The notes beneath the pieces are model-generated. The model made no database searches, was not told the origin of the DNA, and saw nothing but the letters and a program-made list of their open reading frames with translations. Shown here piece after piece: positions 49,578-61,927 of a stretch of DNA of 64,000 nucleotides. This DNA is from Mobula hypostoma (lineage: Eukaryota): the NCBI RefSeq assembly GCF_963921235.1, contig NC_086097.1, forward strand, positions 17,050,001-17,114,000, given 5' to 3'. Numbering within the stretch: position 1 is the first letter of the stretch; the number at the start of each line of letters is the position of its first letter. Position numbers and translations under genes: made by a program.

Positions 49578-51706
49578 TTTTTTTGTAATTTATTTTTTAT
49601 TGAAGTTCATCATCAAACAAAACTTTCCATAAGATGTATTTCAGATACTGTACATATATATCATATAGTCATATTTGTCACAAATCTCCATATAATACTT
49701 ATCTGAGGTATATACTTATAGAAAGAAGAGGAAAGAAAGAACAATTGAAAGAAGAAAACTATGTAGAAATAGGGAGTGATCTTTTTTTTAACAACATATT
49801 CATTGACTTGTGAGAATAAAATCAGGCTTATGAGGTGTTATGTAGTTAAACCATTTTTCCCAGTATGAATCAAATTGTTCCAACTGATAATTAACAGATG
49901 CTGTTATCTTCTCCATTTAGTAAATGTCCATTGTAACTTCCATCCATACATTTAAAGTTGGGCTCTCCTGTGATAACCATTTCCTGGTAAGAGTCTATTT
50001 ACCAGCCACCAGCAGTATATTCATTAAATATTTATCTCTTTTCAACCATTCTTGAGGTATATACCCAAAATATATGGTCTTACTCTCCAAGGATATTTCA
50101 GATTTAAATATGTCTGGTAGGGTATTATGTATCCCAGTCCAATAGTCTTTGATAACAGGGCATTCCCAGTAATATGATAATGGTTTGATTCCCAGTAATA
50201 TGATAATGGTTTGCATTTTGATTTCCACAATTTCTCCAGCAAACAGGGAGGTTACTATCATAATGGGATTTCTGAGAGGGTGTAATGAAATATCTTATCA
50301 AGTTTTTCCACCTGAACTCCCTCCATTTCTGTGAACTGGTACACTTCCATTGATACCTCCATATTATTGTCCATTCTTCCTCAGATATTATTATCCCTCC
50401 TTCCTTCTCCCATTTTGTTTTAATGTATGAAGTCCAATGTGTTTTAAGATTCGACAAACCTTTCTACACACTTGAAATTATTCTGCTGCCGTTGTCTGAA
50501 TTATATGCTTTTCTAAATAGCTCTATCAAACATGTGGATTTTTAACCTTCCTATTAACATACTGTCGCATCTGTAAATATCGATAAAAGTCTTGTTTTTC
50601 TAGTAAGTGTTTCTCTTTGAGCATTTCAAAACTAAACAGTGTTCATTCTTTCATGATATTGCAAATAGCTGTTACTCCTTTAACTGTCCAGTCCTTAAAT
50701 CTAGCATCCAGTTTGTTCGGCGTAAAATCCAAGTCATATGCACACCATTTAAGAATTGCAATGTCTCTCTCTAGTTTATATTCTTTTATAATAGTTTTCC
50801 ATATTTTAAGAGTCCATTTCACCCACGGGTTATCAATAGTATTTATGTAACTTTGTAGGTTGTTATCAGCTAAAATTGCCTGTATGGGGATGGAAAGTAT
50901 CCTGTCCTCAATGTTTTTCCATTGAGCGTCACATGAGGGGTTGCACCAACATATCACAGCTCTCAACTGTGCTGCAAAATAGTAATCTCTAAGAGAAGGT
51001 AGGCCCCATCCTCCCTTTTCCTTGGTTAATTGCAAAGTTTTGAGACGAACCCTAGGCCTTTTACCTTGCCATATATATCTTGATAGCATCTTGTTCCATT
51101 CATTGAATTGGTTTTGGTTAATCTCTATTGGTAGGGTCTGAAAGATATATAATAGTCTGGGCAGTATATTCATTTTAATAGATTCAATCCTTGAACTGAG
51201 ACCAAGAAAAGGAATTAGGTTCCATCTTGTTAAACCATCCTTAATTTTTCTATATATAGGCTGATAATTGCATTCTGATAATTTTGTCAAATCTTTTGGC
51301 ATAATGATGCCCAAATATTTGACGGACTCCGTTTGCCACGCCCAAGGATATCTACTTTCAATTCCTCTTGGTGGGCTAGAGTTATATGAAAGTAGTTATG
51401 TTTTATCTATGTTGATCTTGTACTCTGATAATTGGCCATATTGTTCAAAGGATTGCATCAATTTAGGTAAGGAGTATCTTGGTTGCCCTAGATAGATCAA
51501 AATGTCATCTGCGTAACAGGCCAATTTATGTTCTGTGTACTTTAATAGTAATTCCCCTGATATCTTCATTTTTTCTGATGTATTGAGCTAATGGTTCCAA
51601 ATATAATGCGAAGAGTAGCGGTGACCATGCACAACCCTGTCACGTACCCCTTTCTAGGGTAAAACTATTAGATAAATATCCATGATTTTAATCTTTGCAG
51701 TCGGAT
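49578..51706 (-). mobile_element. 5'-truncated L1-clade LINE inserted antisense into the CR1 RT, 17-bp TSD
   Basis: Poly(T) at the left end. Minus: [76 protein letters not shown](A/C)GGCTT at 49561-77 and 51707-23. Confidence 0.92.
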
Positions 51707-53344
51707 TACCCCATGCACGGCTTATTGAGAAAGTAAGGAGGCATGGGATCCAAGGGAACATTGCTTTGTGGATCCAGAACTGGCTTGCCCACAGAAGGCA
51801 AAGAGTGGGTCCAGAAGGGTCATTCTGCATGGAGTAGTATGCCTCACGGATCTGTTCTGGGACACCTACTCTTTGTGATTTTTATAAGTGACTTGAATGA
51901 GGAAGTGGAGGGATGGGTTAGTAAGTTTGCTGATGACACAAAGGTTGGAGGTGTTGTGGTTAGTGTGGAGGGCTGTCAGAGGTTACAGCGGGACATTGAT
52001 AGGATGCAAAACTGGGCTGATAAGTGGCAGATGGAGTTCAACCCAGGTAAGTGTGAAGTGGTTCATTTTGGTAGTTCAAATATGATGGCAGAATATAGTA
52101 TTAATGGTAAGACTCTTGGCAGTGTGGAGAATCAGAGGGATCTTGGGGTCCGAGTCCATAGGACACTCAAAGCAGCTGTGCAGGTTGACTCTGTGGTTAA
52201 GAAGGCATATGGTGTACTAGCCTTCTTCAACTGTGGGATTGAGTTCAAGAGCCAAGAGATAATATTACAGCTATATAGGACCCAGGTCAGATCCCATTTG
52301 GAGTACTATGCTCAGTTCTGGTCACCTCACTACAGGAAGGACGTGGAAACCATAGAAAAGGTGCAGAGAAGATTTACAAGGATGTTGCCTGGAATGGGGA
52401 GCATGCCTTATGAAAACAGGTTGAGTGAACTCGGCCTTTTCTCCTTGCAACGACAGAGGATGAGAGGTGACCTGATAGAGGTGTATAAGATGATGAGAGG
52501 CATTGATCGTGTGGATAGTCAGAGGCTTTTTCACAGGGCTGAAATGGTTGCCACAAGAGGACACAGGTTTAAGGCGCTGGGGAGCAGGTACAGAGGAAAT
52601 GTCAGGGGTAAGTTTTTTTACTCAGAGAGTGGTGAGTGCGTGGAATGGGCTGCCAGCAATGGTGGTGGAGGTGGATATGATAGGGTCTTTTAAGAGACTT
52701 TTGGATAGGTACATGGAGCTTAGAAAACTAGAGGGCTATGGGTAAGCGTAGTAATTTCTAAGGTAGGGACATGTTCGGCACGACTTTGTGGGCTGAAGGG
52801 CCTGTATTGTGCTGTGGGTTTTCTATGTTTCTATGTTTCTATGCTTTATGTTATAATTCCCTGAGAGGAAATGATGCCCAGAGTAAAAGATGTTCTGTAA
52901 GGAGATATTAACTAGAACATATATTTTGTATTTTACAGAATGAAAGATGACCACTTTAAAATGTATAAAACTTTTCAAGAATTTAACTTCAAAGCTCAGG
53001 GTTTAAAGTACATTTATTATCAAAGTATGTATACAACCTTGAGTTTTGTCTCCTTACAGGCAGCCACAAAACAAGAAACCCAAAAGAACACAGTAAAAAA
53101 AAAGACCATCAAGCACCCAATGACCCAATGCGCAGGAAGAGAAAAATAACAGTGCAAACAATAAATGTAAACAAATACCACTCACTTGGTAGATGTCGAG
53201 AGACGATTTCTTCAAGCTGCAGAGTTCAGAGCGAGGAGTCAGGACACTTAGGAGACGAGATGAAATTTCTTCCTTCAGAAAGCTGCGATCCTTTGGTGTT
53301 TTCCTCAAAGAATAATGGATGATCTCCCATTGACTGAGAATGAC

Positions 53345-53790
53345 AGTCAAGTCAAGTTTATTGTCACTTAACTATATACTACATATATAATGTATGTTAC
53401 CATATAATGCATGTAGAAACAAGACAACATTTCTCCGAACCAGGGTGCAAAGCACATAACACACATAACACATTATAACTTATGAAAATAAGGATAAAAT
53501 CTACAGATGAACCATGCATAAATGTACAAAGTAAAGTGCATGAATTAAATATTGTAAACTATGGAACAGATTAACCAGTGACACTTCAAATCCGATGTGA
53601 CAGGGAGTTCAGAGCCTGATGCCCTGAGAGGAAAGAATTGTTTCCCATCCTGACCATTCTTGTCCTTATGCCTCGGAGTCTCCTACCTGATAGTAAAAAG
53701 TCAAAGAGGATGTTCGATGGATTGGTAGGATCATTAATAATACCAAGGACCATGCGTACACAGCAATCCTGATAAATGTTGTCTGCTCCA
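53345..53790 (-). mobile_element. Rex1/Babar 3' fragment
   Basis: GTCAAGTCAAGTTTATT tail; antisense coding remnant TGTTTCCCATCCTGACC. Confidence 0.6.
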
Positions 53791-54359
53791 TACCAGATGG
53801 AGAGGCTGATAGGTCTTTAAAATCAAGAAAAATGAGGAAACAGGACTGGGATGGGATGGGGGAGGAAAGGTGGCACCTGAAGTTGAAGTAGAAGTTTAAC
53901 CCATGATATAATTACTGAAGTAGGCTCGAGAAGCAGAATAGTGGAATGCTGTTCATATTTCAGCTGGTGTTCTTACAATTCTTCTGTGCCGAGTATGTAG
54001 TCCAGTCTCCTCCTGTTTAATTAGTTAAATGCACATATCGGCTGCTACCAAAATTCACCTATTTTTGAATTCCTATCACATAAGGGTGAATGTAGTTAAG
54101 CATTACCATTGTGTCCTTTGTTTTTCAGGATGGCCCAGCGGGTGATAAGTATTTAAAACATGTAATGACATTTATAAACCTTCACAGTATCTAATCTTAA
54201 TACTAGCCTTAATGAGAAACACTCTTATTTACTGTTCAAAGGAACAGGGTTTTAAGTCGATGCAGATGTTTTAAAATTGTTTGTGTGCTTCCTCTCACCA
54301 TGCTCCTGTTCGGACCAGACAAGCTCCAGGTTTCATGATCCCATAGTTTCCCTTGTGAA

Positions 54360-54704
54360 ATAGCCTGAGCTGATTGGGGATAGTAGTTGCCTGGTTTATA
54401 ATGAGCTATGAAGAAAGCAAATTGCATTATTCCAATGGGGCGGGTCTGTGGGTGACACAGGCTATTCATCAGTGCACTGCGTGCGTTGCGTTGAAGGGGG
54501 GAGATGTCTACATCTGCTGCTGTGTGAGTTGTATCTCCCTGTGCCAGCTCCTGCACCTACTGTGCATTCACATGAGGGAATGCGTGTCTAGACTTTGCGT
54601 TCCCTGTTGTGCACACACATTATTGCACACTGCAATCAGTGTGATTTGTCTGTGATTGAGTGTGAGCCCCTGTATGCTAACAGCCCAACCAGATGTGGGT
54701 GAGT
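54360..54704 (+). promoter_or_regulatory. Candidate host promoter and short first exon with splice donor
   Basis: TE-free, relatively GC-richer patch. CTGATTGG (~54370), CCAAT (54432) next to GGGGCGGG (54437). ATG at 54674 gives MLTAQPDV-G, then consensus donor GG|GTGAGT at 54698/54699. Confidence 0.45.
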
Positions 54705-55317
54705 TAACAAATTTTTATTCAGCTCACCCTGGATGAAACCATTAAGTTTGCCACATCTGCTGCTGAATGGCTCCTTTATGTCCAAATTGTTGCAGGTCAT
54801 TATGTGTAAGTCACACACTAACTTCCTCCTCCAATAACACGGTGGCAGAATATTCCATGGTGAGACTATTGACTTTTGCAATTTCTCTGGGAAAATGGAC
54901 ACAATTCCAAAATATGATTCCCAAAGTACTGGTAAATGTCTAGGGAAATTCACTGACACTATGTAACAGATGAAGAATTTGCCTTATTTTGTCATCACAG
55001 CCCAGAGGGCTGGGTCATAAACAGATAAAATTTTAAAAAAACTTTGATGTCAGATCATGGTAAAAATATTAGACTCCAATGTGATAAGAATATTGCTTAG
55101 TTTATTGTCACCATAATGGGTAGTCATGTTCAAAGTTCTGTAAGTTAGAACTGGCAGCACGATAATTGGGGAGTTGGTGTTTGCATAACCTTGAACTTTT
55201 TCTCAGATTGTACCACAGAAAATATTCCAGTACATTCAACCCCATTCTGGTAACATCAGTTATTTTTTTCCCTATATAGACAGACTGAAGAGCAATCTAA
55301 TAGTTTGTGAGTCTTTA

Positions 55318-55592
55318 CAGTGTAATATTAATGTCACATTAAATCATTGATCAAGAGACACGAGTTCAATTCCCACAGTAGCAATTGGAGATCTGAAATT
55401 CAAGTATTTATATAAATCTGGATTTAAAAAGCTGGGATCAGTAGCAATGACTGTTAAACCCCTAGGATGTCATAAAAAAAACCCATCTGGTTCACAAAAG
55501 ACCTAATTGAATTAAGGGTATATGTAACCCCTGATCACATCAATGTGTCTTACTCTTAGCTGCCTTTTCAGTTATGGATCATTTTGGGGCAG
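55318..55592 (+). mobile_element. Old tRNA-derived SINE (shark-type); related fragments near 11.7, 30.8 and 42.2 kb
   Basis: GAGTTCAATTCC B-box; AAAAACCCATCTGGTTCAC motif. Confidence 0.55.
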
Positions 55593-55818
55593 ATATAAAT
55601 GCTGGAGGAACTTGGCAGCCCAGGCAGCATCTACAGAGGGAAATAAACAGTCAATGTTTCAGGCCAAGACCCTTTATCATGTGCCCTGATGAAGGACCTT
55701 GGCCTGAGCCATCGACTGTTTCATTACCTCGAAAGATGCTGTCTGACCTATCAAGTTCATCCAGCATTTTGTGCATCTTGCTCAAGATTTCCAGCATCTG
55801 CAGAATCTTTTGAGTCTC
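55593..55818. mobile_element. Penelope-derived foldback miniature
   Basis: AAATGCTGGAGGAACTTGG / CAAGTTCATCCAGCATTT arms around CCTGATGAAGGACCTTGGCCTGA. Confidence 0.8.
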
Positions 55819-56384
55819 TGAAATGCTGGCATTGTCAGCAACATCTACATTCCAAGAATGAATAAAACTAAAACATTGGGTTAGGGAAATTGTTCTTAAC
55901 TTTAAATTGTTATATTCACCCACAGGCTCAGGAAATATATAAACACACTATTGACAAGACACTCACTATGCCAGGCAGCGTGTGTAGAGAGAATTTCAGG
56001 TTTAACATTTCAGGGCAATGAGTGTACATTACAATTAGACAAAGCCCAGTATAATATTGAGACATGTATCTTGGCACTTGTGACAATATTGAATGAAGAT
56101 CAAGTTAGAGATTTCAGAATTTAAGTATCGAGGCAGTGAAAATGATGGGAAAAGGATGAGCAAAGGGCAAAAAGAACGGTCAGAGATGTAGTGGAAGTAG
56201 TGATAGAGTCACTAAGGAAGTAATGGTGCAAGTCAAAATGGACTGATACGGAAGAAAAGGAGAACTAATCAAATCAGGGTCATTGCCATCTTCTACGGAC
56301 TAAGAAAATGGGAATGGTGGTCATGATTGTAATTTTGTTGAACTGAACGTTGACTCTAAAAGGTCATAAAGCACAAATGACAGC

Positions 56385-56700
56385 ACTTACTACTGTCAGT
56401 CACACAGGTCCCGGGTGCACAATCAGGAATACTGCTGCACTCAGATGTAGAAGGATTCTTCATTGCTGTTTCCATAACAAATTTGTTTTACCACTCAGGG
56501 TTGTTAGTCCTGAGCTGAACTGCCAAACCTGGAGGATCAGTGACTGCTCTTAGTCTGGCATCTATCCTTTGAACTGTTTGGCACGGGTGACCTTACCAAG
56601 AACCAACGTATAAAGTCCTGACTCCAGCCAACGCAGATCTCCAGGTCACTGAGGCACGCAAGCCTCCAAAACACGAAAAGGTTGTGGTCCTCTTGGAGGT
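56385..56700 (-). mobile_element. Bipartite RTE-derived element, family B (copy 3)
   Basis: ACTCAGATGTAGAAGGATTCTTCATTGCTGTTTCC and GGTCCTCTTGGAGG shared with the 31.2 kb copy. Confidence 0.75.
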
Positions 56701-56935
56701 TCTCATCACCTTTTGTAACAAAAATATTTAAAAATTCATTCCTTGTTCATTTCTGTTTCAGCAGCAAGAGGTATTACTTTATTAGAGATTATACAGAATA
56801 TAATATAGAATGGAAGAAAAATGGTTAATAAAGTAGCAAACGAGACAAAGTAATTCTTATCAGCCAAACACCACACCACACCACACCACACAGTATACTG
56901 CTGAGGGAAGAGCTAATGTCTGACAGCTTTTCCAG

Positions 56936-56939
56936 TCTC

Positions 56940-56982
<43 letters not shown>
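56936..56982. repeat. (CT)n microsatellite; (CACAC)n at ~56867-56891
   Basis: Read directly from the sequence. Confidence 0.9.
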
Positions 56983-56986
<4 letters not shown>

Positions 56987-57269
56987 CCCTCTCAATGCCC
57001 TCATCTCTATTTCCAGCTCTAAGCACAAGTCATGATCCAGCCTAACAGAAGATTCCCACTAGCACAACGAAAATGTTCCTGTCTATACCCTTCCAGACCC
57101 CATACTTCCCCAGACGAACAGGTTTTTCACCATTATCTACTCTCAGGGCTGCGGTCCAGTTACTTACACTGTTCACAAAACACTGCTGTGGACTGGTTCC
57201 CCCTGTGCTTTATCAAAATATTCCTACATCCCAGACTTACACAGATTTGTATTACAAACTTCCATTTTG

Positions 57270-57775
57270 TGTTACACATTTTAGCATTTATCAACGAGTC
57301 CATGGCCACTCGTGCCATGATGAGGGCCACTTTCAGGGTGAAGGAGCAACACCTTATTTTCCATCTGGGTTGCTTCCAACCTGATGGTATGAATATCGAT
57401 TTCTCCCTGCAGTAAAAAGATTTTTCTCTCCCCTTCCCTGCTTCTTCAGTTCCCCACTCTGTTCTCTTACCTCTTCTCACCTGCTGTCTCCTCCCTCTGA
57501 GTTGTCTCCTCCTTCCCTTCCTTCCATGGTCCACTCTCCTCTCGTCTACACTCTCAGATTCCTTCCACTCCAGCCCTTTACCTTTCCCACCCACCTGGCT
57601 TCATCTATCACCTCTAGCTATCTTCCTTCCCCAACCCCCACCTTTTTATTCTGGCGTCTTCCCCCTTCCTTTGCAGGCCTGATGAAGAGTCTCGGCCCGA
57701 AACATCCACTGTTTGTTCATTTCCATAGAAGCTGCCTGACCTGCTGAGTTCCTCCAGCATTTTGTGTGTGTTGCA
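57270..57775 (+). mobile_element. Penelope 3' fragment (EN C-terminus, pyrimidine-rich UTR, degenerate hammerhead)
   Basis: ATFRVKEQHLIFHLGCFQPDGMNIDFS; CCTGATGAAGAGTCTCGGCCCGAAAC at ~57678-57703. Confidence 0.85.
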
Positions 57776-58059
57776 TTAAATTCAATTCTTTCCTCACTCC
57801 TTCTGTGAAAACCTTGTTGCATCATTGATGGTAGAACAGTGGGAAACAGAGAAGACGAAGTATAAACATCAGCTCATACATGAGGAAGAAGGCCTCCTTT
57901 TGATTATCACTCACTGACTTCCATCAGCTGATGAATCATGATGAATTCTGCATGAAAGACTTCCGTAATTTGGGTGAAGGACTGATTTGTCCATCTACAA
58001 GAATCCGACATTAAAAATTCTTTAAAATATTCTCTGTAGATCCCTCCAGATTCTACACT

Positions 58060-58215
58060 AGGGGCAAGTCACAGAAGGCAATTAACCCACCAATCTCTTA
58101 GATGTGGGAGGAAGTCAGAATGCCCAGAGCAACCTCACACAGTCCCAGGGGAAGCATTGAAATGCCATACAGAGGCACTGGAGGTCAGGTTTGAACGCTA
58201 GCGTCTGCTGCTGTG
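58060..58215 (-). mobile_element. V-domain SINE fragment
   Basis: ATGTGGGAGGAAG...CACACAGTCCCAGGGG...GTTTGAAC. Confidence 0.55.
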
Positions 58216-58627
58216 TGTAATGGAGATATGGAGTCATAGAGCACTGCCGCACAGAAACAGGTCCTTCAGGCCGTCAAGACAGTACCAAACTGTTTTTCTT
58301 CCTTGTCCCATCGACCTTGGATCATAGCCCATATACACCTCCTGTCCATGTACTTATGCATATTTCTCCTAAATTGAATCTGCTTTACCACTTCTACTGG
58401 CAGCATGTTCCATAATCACTTCACTCTCTGAGTGAAGAAGTTCCTCCTTGTAGACATTTCACCTTTCACCTTTACCCTATGACTGCCAGTTCTAATTTCA
58501 CCCAACCTCAGTGGATCCTCCTTCTGGTAAAAAAAAATTCCTTCTCCTTCCCTCTTTTCCTATGCCCACTCTGGCCTCTTACCTCTTCTCATGTCCCTCT
58601 GGGTCCCCTCTTCCTTCCCTTTCCTTA

Positions 58628-59140
58628 AAACCATAAGACATTGGAGCAGATTTAGGCCGTTTGGCCCATTGACTCTGCGCCGCCATTCAATCATACTGAT
58701 AATTTTTTCCCCTCCTCAGCCCCACTCCCCAGCCTTCTCCCCGTAACCTTTGATCAGTGTCCAATCAAGAACCTATCAAGCTCTGCCTTAAATACACCCA
58801 ATGACCTGGCCTCCACAGTTGCCTATGGTAATAAATTCTACTTAATTCACCCCCTTTGGCTAAAGAAGTTTCTCTGCATCTCTGTTTCAAATGGACACCT
58901 CTATATTCTAAGGCTGTGCCCTCTTGTGCTAGACGATCCCACCATGGGAAACATCCTTTCCACATCTACTCTATCTAGGCCTTTCAACATTCAAAAGGTT
59001 TCAATGAGATCCCCCCTCATCCTTCTAAATTGCAGTGAGTACAGACCCAGAGCCATCAAATGTTCCTTGTATGATAACCCTTTCATTCCCAGAATCATCC
59101 TTGTGAACTTCTTCTAAACCCTCTCCAATGCTAGCATTCA
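58628..59140 (-). mobile_element. CR1 3' fragment
   Basis: CCATAAGAC tail; antisense to the 36.7-37.2 kb CR1. Confidence 0.88.
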
Positions 59141-59184
59141 GACAGAAGGTTTGAATGGTTCTCAGTAGACCCCAGATGTCACAA

Positions 59185-61210
59185 AAGACCATAAGACCAC
59201 ATGACATAGAAGCAGAATTAGGCCACTCGGCTCATTGAGTCTGCTCTGTCATTTGATCATGGCTGATTTATTATCACCTTCAATCCCATTCTCCCACCTT
59301 CTTCCTGTAACTCTGACTAATCAAGAGCCTGTCAACTTCCGCTTTAAACATACTCAATGACTTGACCTACATAGCTGTCTGTAACAATGAATACCAGAGA
59401 TTCACTACCTTCTAGCTAAAGAGATTCCACCTTATTTCTGTTCTAAATAAACATCACTCTATTCTGAGGCTGTGCCCTCTGGTCCTAGATCTTCCCCAAC
59501 ATGGGAAGCATTCTCTCCACATCCATTCTAGGACCTCCTATATCCAATAGGTTTCAATGAGACCCCCCCCCTTCATTCTTCTAAGCTCCAGTGAGTACAG
59601 GCACAGAACCATCAAACACCCCTCATTGTTGATCACCTCTGCTTCATTTGCCAAAAGTGGAATTTCCCAGTGGCTAACTATTTTCATTTGTATCCCCATT
59701 CCCTTTCCAACATGTCAATCCATGGCCTCCTTTTCTGCCATGATGAGGCTGCTTACGGGGTGGAGGAGCAATACTCATATTCCATCTCGTTAGCCTCCAA
59801 CCTGATGGCATGAACATTGATTTCTATTTCAGGTGATTTTTTTCCCTCTTTTTTTTTCTTATCTCCTCTCCCTTCCCTCTTTTTCTGTTCCCCACTCTGG
59901 CTTCTTACCTCTTCTCCTCACCTGCCTATCACTTGCCCCTGGTGCCCCACCTTCTTCCTTTTCTCCCATGGACCACTCTCCTCTCATATCAAATTATTTC
60001 TTCTCTCGCCCTTTACCTTTCTCACTCATGTAGCTTCACCTATCATTTTCTCGCTTGTTCTCCTTCCCCTCCCCCCACCTTTTATTCTGTAGTCGTCCCA
60101 CTTTCTTTCCAGTCTTGAAGAAATGTCACCGCTCCTCTGTCCTTTGAATTTTCTCTCCATTTAGAAAATAGTCTACACTTTCATTTCTTCTATCAAATTG
60201 TATGACCATACACTTCCCGACATTGTATTCCATCTGCCACTTCTTCGCTCATTCTCCCAATCCATTGAAGTCCGTCTGCAGATTTCCTGCTTCCTCAACA
60301 CCACCTGCCCCTCCATGTATCTCCATCTTGTTTGGAAATTTGGCCACAAACCATTAATTCTGTCATCCAAATCATTGACATGTGACATTAAAAGAAGCTG
60401 TTTCAATGCTGACCTTTGTGGAATACTGCTAGTCACTGGCAGCCAATCAGAAAAGACCCCTTTTATTCGCACTCTTTGCCTCCTAACAGTCAGCCAATCT
60501 TCTATCCATGCTAGTACCTTTTCTGAAATACCATGAACTCTTTTCTTGTTACCAAGCTTTATGTACAGCACCTTGTTAAAGGCCTTCTGAAAATCAAAGT
60601 ATACTTCATCCAGTGACTATCCTGCTTGTTATTTCCTCTAACAATTCGAACAGATTTGTTAGGCAAAATTTCTCTGTAAGGAAACCATGCTGGCTTTGGC
60701 CTATTTTATCATATGCCTCCAGGTACCCTGAAATGTCATCCTTAATAATGGACTCCAACATCTTCCTAACAACTGAGGTCAGGCTAACTGCTTTAATTTC
60801 TTTCTTCTCCCTTCCTTCATTCCTAAAGAGTGGAATAATATTTGCAAATTTTCAGTCCTCCAGCACCATTTCAGAATCTAGTAATTCTTAACAAAATCAT
60901 CAGTAATGCCTCCACAATCTCTCCAGCTACCTCCTTCATAACCCTGGGGTATAGGCTTAGACCGTTTAGCTTCCCAGGCATCTTCTCCTTTGTAATAGCT
61001 ACTACACACACTTCTGTCCCCTGACACTTTCGAATTTCTGGCATATGGCTTGTGTCTGCTACAAAATACTTAAGTTTATCTACCATTTCTTTGTCTCCTA
61101 TTACTATCTCTCCAGTGTCAATTTCCAATGATCCGATATCCACTCTCTGCTCTCTTTTACTCTTTATCTATCTGGAAAAAATTGTTATGCTCTTTTATAT
61201 TATTAACTAA
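59185..61210 (-). mobile_element. CR1 LINE fragment interrupted by a plus-strand Penelope fragment (~59630-60125)
   Basis: Minus ORFs VLAWIEDWLTVRRQRV, YPRVMKEVAGEIVEAL; insert contains GGAGGAGCAATACTC..CCTCCAACCTGATGGCATGAACATTGATTTC. Confidence 0.85.
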
Positions 61211-61589
61211 TATAATAATATGATTAGGAAGTCAGCATGGCTTTGTGAAAGGCAGGTAATGCCTTATGAGCCTGAATGAATTTTTTAAGGATGTGACTAA
61301 ACACATTGATGATGGTAGAGCAGTAGATGTAGTGTGAGTACTCAGAAATGTGTAGACAGAAATGAGTACTCAGTCAACCTAATTCACTCAACATGATTTA
61401 ATAAGAGGCTGACTATCATGGATACAGCAAAGATTATGGGACAGATGTATCTTTTAAAGTCCATGGTCCAGAATTAGCTGCATCTCCATATGAAGTCCTG
61501 TTGTGTTGGATATACAATGCCTCACTTTTTGGTATTTATAGTACCTCAGTGACAGATCATCAGATGTTAGATTTTTTTCACTAATGAGC

Positions 61590-61800
61590 ATTCAATATAA
61601 AGAAGGGTCACTACACTGGGGATTGCTGTTCTGTTCTCCAAGTAGTGTCAAGGCATGCTTTCTTACATCTATCTGAGAGGATCAATCATTATCAGCTTAA
61701 TATCACTACTGAGAAGCATACTTTTAACAATGCAGTAGCTGTAGTGGAACATCAGGCAAGACGTCACACCCAAGTGTCTGGACTGGGATTTGAACCCCCC
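61590..61800 (-). mobile_element. Ancient tRNA-derived (Deu-like) SINE remnant
   Basis: Minus B-box GGGTTCAAATCCCAGTCCAGACAC; otherwise heavily degraded. Confidence 0.4.
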
Positions 61801-61927
61801 CCCCCAATGATTCACAAATCAAATATCCGATTATGGTGTGCTTACTATTTGTGGGATCTTGCTTTGTCTTTTTCTGATATTACATCAGTTAGCAGATTTC
61901 AAAAGAAAATCACTGACTGTAAAGTTC

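Larger units (their letters stand above)
46530..52843 (+). mobile_element. Near full-length CR1 LINE (5'UTR, ORF1, ORF2, octamer tail), interrupted by L1
   Basis: ORF1 Cys motif (HICIRC) and SGNH esterase (VVIGDSIVRG..HIGTN..DGLHLN). ORF2 APE (PTRGETVLDLVL..GDSDHN) and RT (YMDFSKAYDKVPH, KFADDT). (TTTCTATG)3 tail. 5' boundary approximate. Confidence 0.95.

Noticed and set aside
48313..52693. 339-aa and 316-aa ORFs as host genes or an active element
   Set aside because: They are CR1 ORF2 pieces, broken by frameshifts and an L1 insertion.
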